Part shown: piece by piece, positions 59,291 to 64,000 of the stretch
How positions within the stretch are numbered: the stretch's first letter is position 1
How the letters are laid out: each line of letters begins with the position of its first letter
IMG/VR virus record: IMGVR_UViG_3300032053_005343
Location: 1-64,000 of that record
Length of the DNA: 64,000 bases
Reading direction: 5' to 3' (one strand)
Source: a virus
Notes under the pieces: model-generated
Databases searched by the model: none
The model's input: only the letters and a program-made list of their open reading frames with translations
Told to the model about the DNA's origin: nothing
Program-made: the position numbers and the translations under genes

Positions 59291-60281
59291 TTTTATATAT
59301 CACCACTCCTCTTAATTTGTTTTCGTCAAAACTAGAGTCTGGATTCACCTCTACAATATCATTTATATCTTTTGGAAAAGCGTCCCAATAAACAATAGTT
59401 TTACCATTTATAAATTCTTTCCATGGGGTTGTTAATTTAACTGCGTCTGTTAGATAATTTGCTAAAAGAGAAAGCGATCCTTGGCCACAAACAAATATAT
59501 CGGCCCTGGTAAAATGATAAAAAGTGGAAAAAACGTCTTCATCATTATGCACCTCTATATTTATATTATTTTTATCTTTAAATTCGGTTATTTGTTTAAG
59601 TTCTTCTTCTGGCATATCAAACATATACATATGATATATTAGTGGTTTGTTAAATTTGATTCTATCAACATTTTCTATTATTTTTAGATAATATTGTAAA
59701 TCCATCCATCTTCTATATCCGTTTTCTTTTGTAACGTCCCCTCTTCGGATATGAATTGCAATATTTATCTTGTCTTTATTGAAATAGCATTTGAAATTTT
59801 TAATCTGTTTGGAGTTGTTATATTTTTGTTTTAGATCATTGTTTTTATAAAAATCCCAATCCATATCAATAAATTGTCCGTCTCCACAATCGTTTACTTT
59901 AAACAAAATATCAAGATTATCGAATTCAGGATTTATTTTCATGGCGTCTGTAAATTGTGGACGGTCCCACGTAACTCGTCCTTGTGTTAACATTGGAAGT
60001 TGTATCTCGCTAAATCTTTCTGGCAAATCTTTTAGAGTTAACTCCCCTTCTCCAAAATTCAAAAAATCATTCCATAATTTTACCGGCACCGTTATTTGAT
60101 AAAAATTTGTTCCTTTTCTTTCAAGCGTTCCATCGGTTTCTCCTACGAACGGCTGATAAACAAATTTTAAATTATATTTTTTACTTAAAATATATGGCAC
60201 TAAAAAATTGGTGAACTGGTGGCCCACTCCCGCACAACCCCCGCAAGGTTTTACCGTAATATATTTCACGCATGTCTCCAT
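59283..60281 (-). CDS. Fucosyltransferase-like protein; tandem paralog
   Basis: AGVGHQ; IAIHIRRGD GDP-fucose-binding motif; ADIFV. Confidence 0.7.
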   Translation of the reverse strand: METCVKYITVKPCGGCAGVGHQFTNFLVPYILSKKYNLKFVYQPFVGETDGTLERKGTNFYQITVPVKLWNDFLNFGEGELTLKDLPERFSEIQLPMLTQGRVTWDRPQFTDAMKINPEFDNLDILFKVNDCGDGQFIDMDWDFYKNNDLKQKYNNSKQIKNFKCYFNKDKINIAIHIRRGDVTKENGYRRWMDLQYYLKIIENVDRIKFNKPLIYHMYMFDMPEEELKQITEFKDKNNINIEVHNDEDVFSTFYHFTRADIFVCGQGSLSLLANYLTDAVKLTTPWKEFINGKTIVYWDAFPKDINDIVEVNPDSSFDENKLRGVVIYKNE

Positions 60282-60787
60282 GTAATATTTAATCTAATCC
60301 TGCTTATTGTGCTTTTACTAACATTAAAAATTTTACCTATTTTAATATCTGACAGACCATCTTTTATTAATTGTCTAATTTTTGGTATGTCTTCTTCTTT
60401 TAATTTAGATGCTGGATTTTTAGATCCTGTCATTATTGGAGGAACCCCATTGTTTCTGCCATGTTTTCTTCTATCATCAATATTTTCTACGTGAGATCCC
60501 CAGACAAGATTATCTATTCTGTTATTGTGTCGATTCCCGTCTAAGTGTCTGCACTCCATACCCTTGGGGCACGGACCAACAAAAGCAAACAAAATCAATC
60601 TATGTAATCTACACATTTTGCTGTTATTATTTTTACACAAATGAACGTTGAAATACCCATTATTATGATCTATTAATTTTAATATTCTGTATTTATTATT
60701 TTTTAATAATCTTCTTATGTTTCCAAAATTAGAAGCTTGATACAACCCTTCATAGTCGGGAATATCTTTGTATATTTCAATCGACAT
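60266..60787 (-). CDS. NUMOD4-HNH-HTH homing endonuclease (likely start MSIEI at 60787)
   Basis: EIYKDIPDYEGLYQASNFG; CRHLDGNRHNNRIDNL.WG. Confidence 0.9.
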   Translation of the reverse strand: MSIEIYKDIPDYEGLYQASNFGNIRRLLKNNKYRILKLIDHNNGYFNVHLCKNNNSKMCRLHRLILFAFVGPCPKGMECRHLDGNRHNNRIDNLVWGSHVENIDDRRKHGRNNGVPPIMTGSKNPASKLKEEDIPKIRQLIKDGLSDIKIGKIFNVSKSTISRIRLNITWRHA

Positions 60788-60794
60788 ATCAATG

Positions 60795-61478
60795 TTATAC
60801 ATTTTTATTTTCAAATAAAACATTACATGAATTAACACATATTTTTTTGAAGTTTGGCAATAGTTCTTCTAATGTTTGTTCGTAAACACCATTTTCCCAC
60901 AGATTTCCAGTACACTCCGTATATAAATATTTCGTTCTTTTTAGAGTTTCTTTTGCCCCCTCAAGAAATTTGCGTTCTGCGCCATTAACATCTGCCCATA
61001 TTAAATCTATATCTTTTATTCCTCTTTGTTCTGTGAAAGTGTCTAGTCTTCTACCAAAAATATTGATTCCTTTTCCAAAAGGAAGATCTGGATGCGCCTT
61101 CAGATGTTCTTTTGGTTTGTTTAAAGATCCAGAACCGCTCCAGTCTGTTATTTTGGTTTCCGTAAGCCAAGTTGGAATTCCGTGACTTTCATAAAAAATA
61201 GTTGGTCCATCAACATTGGATATTGCTTCTTCTATTAACTTATATCTATTACCGCAACCCCATAACGTGGACTGGTTTTCTGGCAATTCCTTAATCATTT
61301 TTATATTTCTTGGGTCTGGTTCAAAACTGAACACCTTGGATTTCGGAAAAACATTAAGAAAATTTCTTGTGTCTTTTCCGTCATAAGCCCCTATTTCTAT
61401 AATCAACGGATCATCTTTGCCAATTAACCCACTTATATATTTAATTATATCTAGATTCATATTATGATTTTCGTTCAT
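60795..61478 (-). CDS. FkbM-family methyltransferase
   Basis: IEIGAYDG; FSFEPDP; RLD.F....IDLIWADV.GAE; YLYTE. Confidence 0.85.
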   Translation of the reverse strand: MNENHNMNLDIIKYISGLIGKDDPLIIEIGAYDGKDTRNFLNVFPKSKVFSFEPDPRNIKMIKELPENQSTLWGCGNRYKLIEEAISNVDGPTIFYESHGIPTWLTETKITDWSGSGSLNKPKEHLKAHPDLPFGKGINIFGRRLDTFTEQRGIKDIDLIWADVNGAERKFLEGAKETLKRTKYLYTECTGNLWENGVYEQTLEELLPNFKKICVNSCNVLFENKNV

Positions 61479-62029
61479 TATTTTTCACACTCTATGTTTA
61501 AACTGAGACATGTTCCATTTTTAAAATCCATGTGGGATAAAAAAGCAAAACTACAATCATCTATATCGGCATGTTCTGTTTTAAATTGATCATACCTTTT
61601 TATATTTTTAAATCCTAGATTTTCCAATAAGCTTTTTAAATTTGTATAGTCGTAAATGGTTTTATGGTAAATTGTTTTTCCCCCCGATTTCATCTTTCCG
61701 TAAACAGGACCGAGAAAACTCTCAAGACCATATTTTCCGCTATAATATAATTCTGCTATAATTTTAAAGTCCGGGACAGCAAGACGAAGAGTAGCACCCG
61801 GTTTTAATACCCTTTTCCATTCCAATAATAAATTTTTGACTTCTTCTCTGTCGAAATAAGAAATTACATGGGATGCGTAGATTATATCAACAGAATTATC
61901 AGGATAAGGAAGATTAATAATATTACGTCCTGTTAAATGGGGATAGTCACTCGCGTCAAAACTTTTCCAGTCGGGACCAAGATCTACTTTCCCGCACCCT
62001 AAAGACAACCTTATTATTTTATTATTCAT
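61478..62029 (-). CDS. Class I SAM-dependent methyltransferase
   Basis: LSLGCG; LPYPDNSVDIIYASHV; EWKRVLKPGA.LR.AVPD. Confidence 0.85.
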   Translation of the reverse strand: MNNKIIRLSLGCGKVDLGPDWKSFDASDYPHLTGRNIINLPYPDNSVDIIYASHVISYFDREEVKNLLLEWKRVLKPGATLRLAVPDFKIIAELYYSGKYGLESFLGPVYGKMKSGGKTIYHKTIYDYTNLKSLLENLGFKNIKRYDQFKTEHADIDDCSFAFLSHMDFKNGTCLSLNIECEK

Positions 62030-62030
62030 T

Positions 62031-62255
62031 TTATATGCGCCATTCTAAATTATCCGCGCAATTATTTTCCTTGTTTCTATCTTTGTGCCATGGTTTATGT
62101 TGGGGTGATGGTTGTGGACCAATGAAAGTTTCAAGAACGAGTTGCGCTATCATATGTTTATGAAATTTTCCTTTTTTATCTTTTAAATATACAAAAAGAT
62201 GACCGTCCGACCCCATATGGTTTTTAAGATATTCTTCTTTTCCTTTTTTCATCAA
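62031..62255 (-). CDS. Truncated/minimal HNH endonuclease remnant
   Basis: LVLETFIGP...HKDRNKENN.ADNLEW only; no NUMOD4 or HTH. Confidence 0.6.
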   Translation of the reverse strand: MMKKGKEEYLKNHMGSDGHLFVYLKDKKGKFHKHMIAQLVLETFIGPQPSPQHKPWHKDRNKENNCADNLEWRI

Positions 62256-62665
62256 ACGAACTCCTTATCCAACTCCTGCCCACGATAAGGGCCGATTTTT
62301 ATCTCGTACACCAACGTATCCTCACTCAATGCCACGTAGTTGTGCCCTCCCTCTATTGTCGCAGAAAAATCACCTGGGAATAATTCAATTTCCTCTAAAA
62401 TAGTGTTATCAATGTCATAAAGAATCGCCCTTACTTTTCCTCTTACAACTATCCAACTTTCGTTCGCAATTTTTAATCCATTATAATAATTCCAAATGTG
62501 TCGGTGACTACGAAAGGTTTGATTATTTTTCAATGGTATCGTAGCAATTTGTAGGAAATTGTCCGGAGGAATAATGTCCTCCCTTTTATCTTTTACCTCT
62601 AATAGTCTATGAATAATATGTAATAATCTAGTTGGTTGGATTTTACTGTAAATGTAACGAGCCAT
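62252..62665 (-). CDS. WbuC-like cupin (sugar-nucleotide cluster)
   Basis: H.H...E.W.V..G....GD.....GGH....EIK.GPY.G...DK. Confidence 0.7.
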   Translation of the reverse strand: MARYIYSKIQPTRLLHIIHRLLEVKDKREDIIPPDNFLQIATIPLKNNQTFRSHRHIWNYYNGLKIANESWIVVRGKVRAILYDIDNTILEEIELFPGDFSATIEGGHNYVALSEDTLVYEIKIGPYRGQELDKEFV

Positions 62666-62670
62666 TTAAT

Positions 62671-63339
62671 TTACTCCAAATGTGTCCAAGTTTTATAATT
62701 CACTATAGAACAAATTGTTGTTATATTGACATTAAATCTGATAGATAATTCCTTTTGAGACACACCTTCGGCATATGATTTTCTTATTTCTCTAATTTTA
62801 TTGTCATTTAATTTCGATAATCCGTTTTTAATTCCATTATTTATGGGCTGATATCTTGTTCCATGCCTTATCGAGTCTTTAGCATTTTCTGATCTTGTAC
62901 CCCATATAATATTATAAGGTAAACTATTTGCCGGATTCCCGTCTAGGTGTCTGCACACCGCTTCGGGGAAGGGTTTTGGTCCCACAAAATGTATTAACAT
63001 TAGTTCATGTATAAAAAATCTTTTATATTTATGATCTTTGTATAAGTCAACATAAGAATATCCTCCTGGGTGAATTCTTGGTTTTAATAGTGTCCATCTA
63101 TCTTTATATGATTTTAAATTTCTTTTAATTTTTGATATTGTGGTTTGGGAAATATCAAATTCCTTAGCTATTTTATACCCCCTTATTTTATTCTCTATCC
63201 TTTTTATAATTTCGGTTATTTTTCTTGGATCTATTTTCATTCTATAATTAAATGATTTTATTTCCATCAAATTAGATATCTCATATAATCCTTCATAATC
63301 AGTTATAGGTTTCCAAGTTTCTATTATTGTATTTAGCAT
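62671..63339 (-). CDS. NUMOD4-(HTH insert)-HNH-HTH homing endonuclease
   Basis: ETWKPITDYEGLYEISN; CRHLDGNPAN; WGTRSEN. Confidence 0.85.
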   Translation of the reverse strand: MLNTIIETWKPITDYEGLYEISNLMEIKSFNYRMKIDPRKITEIIKRIENKIRGYKIAKEFDISQTTISKIKRNLKSYKDRWTLLKPRIHPGGYSYVDLYKDHKYKRFFIHELMLIHFVGPKPFPEAVCRHLDGNPANSLPYNIIWGTRSENAKDSIRHGTRYQPINNGIKNGLSKLNDNKIREIRKSYAEGVSQKELSIRFNVNITTICSIVNYKTWTHLE

Positions 63340-64000
63340 GTTAAAATTCCCTTAGATAATTTGTTTTGCATAGACTCTATCATAGAATCAATTAATTGTT
63401 CGAAATTGAATTCTGGTTTCCACCCCAATGTTTTTCTAATTTTTGTACTATCTCCTTTGAGCATTTTTAGTTCTTCTGATCTATAAAATTTTGGATCAAT
63501 TTCTACATAATCTTTATAGTTCATTCCAAGTTTTTTAAATACGATACTACAAAATTCTTCTATCGAATGCGTTTCTCCACTTGCTACAACGAAATCATCC
63601 GCTTCTTTATGGTTAATAATCATATTCATAGCTCTGACCATATCTCTTGCGTCGGACCAGTCACGACTAGCATTTAAATTTCCTAAGACTAATTTTTTAC
63701 TTAATCCTAAACTTATCTCAACGGCACCCTTTACTATTTTTTGGGTTACAAAATTAGCTCCCCTACGCGAGCCCTCGTGGTTAAAGCACACGGAATTACA
63801 GGCGTGTAAATTATATGCTCGTCTATAATATCTTGTCATGCTATATCCGAATAATTTTGTACAACCGTAAACGCTTACGGGGTGCATCGGAGTAGTTTCT
63901 CTTTGAAATCCGTCATCGTCATAACAATTTCCAAACATTTCCGAGCTTGACGCCTGTATAAATCTGGCGTTTGGTGCAAATTTTCGATAAGTTTCCAGGA
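63333..64000 (-). CDS. gmd: GDP-mannose 4,6-dehydratase (5' end outside the window)
   Basis: The frame continues upstream as ARFIQASSSEMFG; P.SVYGCTK; FNHE..RRG.NFVT.KI; LGNL.ASRDW. Confidence 0.9.
   Translation of the reverse strand, partial: LETYRKFAPNARFIQASSSEMFGNCYDDDGFQRETTPMHPVSVYGCTKLFGYSMTRYYRRAYNLHACNSVCFNHEGSRRGANFVTQKIVKGAVEISLGLSKKLVLGNLNASRDWSDARDMVRAMNMIINHKEADDFVVASGETHSIEEFCSIVFKKLGMNYKDYVEIDPKFYRSEELKMLKGDSTKIRKTLGWKPEFNFEQLIDSMIESMQNKLSKGILTC

Overview
This is an AT-rich segment of a large tailed dsDNA phage, probably siphovirus-like: tail tube, chaperone and tape-measure genes are present and no sheath gene is recognisable here. From 1 to ~46.2 kb the + strand carries mostly virion genes: adhesin/fibre modules, neck genes, tail terminator, tail tube, chaperones, a 1552-aa tape measure and tail-tip genes. 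From ~46.1 to 64 kb the - strand carries replication and glycosylation genes: ssDNA-binding/annealing proteins, GT4 glycosyltransferases (one with a LAGLIDADG intein), a sigma-like factor, ssb, a truncated dnaE with an HNH intein, fucosyltransferase-like genes, methyltransferases and gmd. About a dozen free-standing homing-endonuclease-like genes are interspersed. The most striking unexplained structure is a candidate modular virion-appendage system. Five proteins carry a 14-aa LDLFIxG repeat (1 to ~70 copies), the anchor domains come as long/short paralog pairs, five small ORFs break a 25-aa repeat at the same phase, and short terminal peptides look like docking motifs for neighbouring gene products. 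Other highlights are an 8xHTH-HNH-Mom-like fusion next to an HTH-LAGLIDADG nuclease, two promoter classes (leaderless TATAAT and a GTGTAT motif), a candidate ~85-nt structured RNA and a P2-like slippery site in the chaperone genes. All calls come from motif reading and synteny by eye; no database searches were run.
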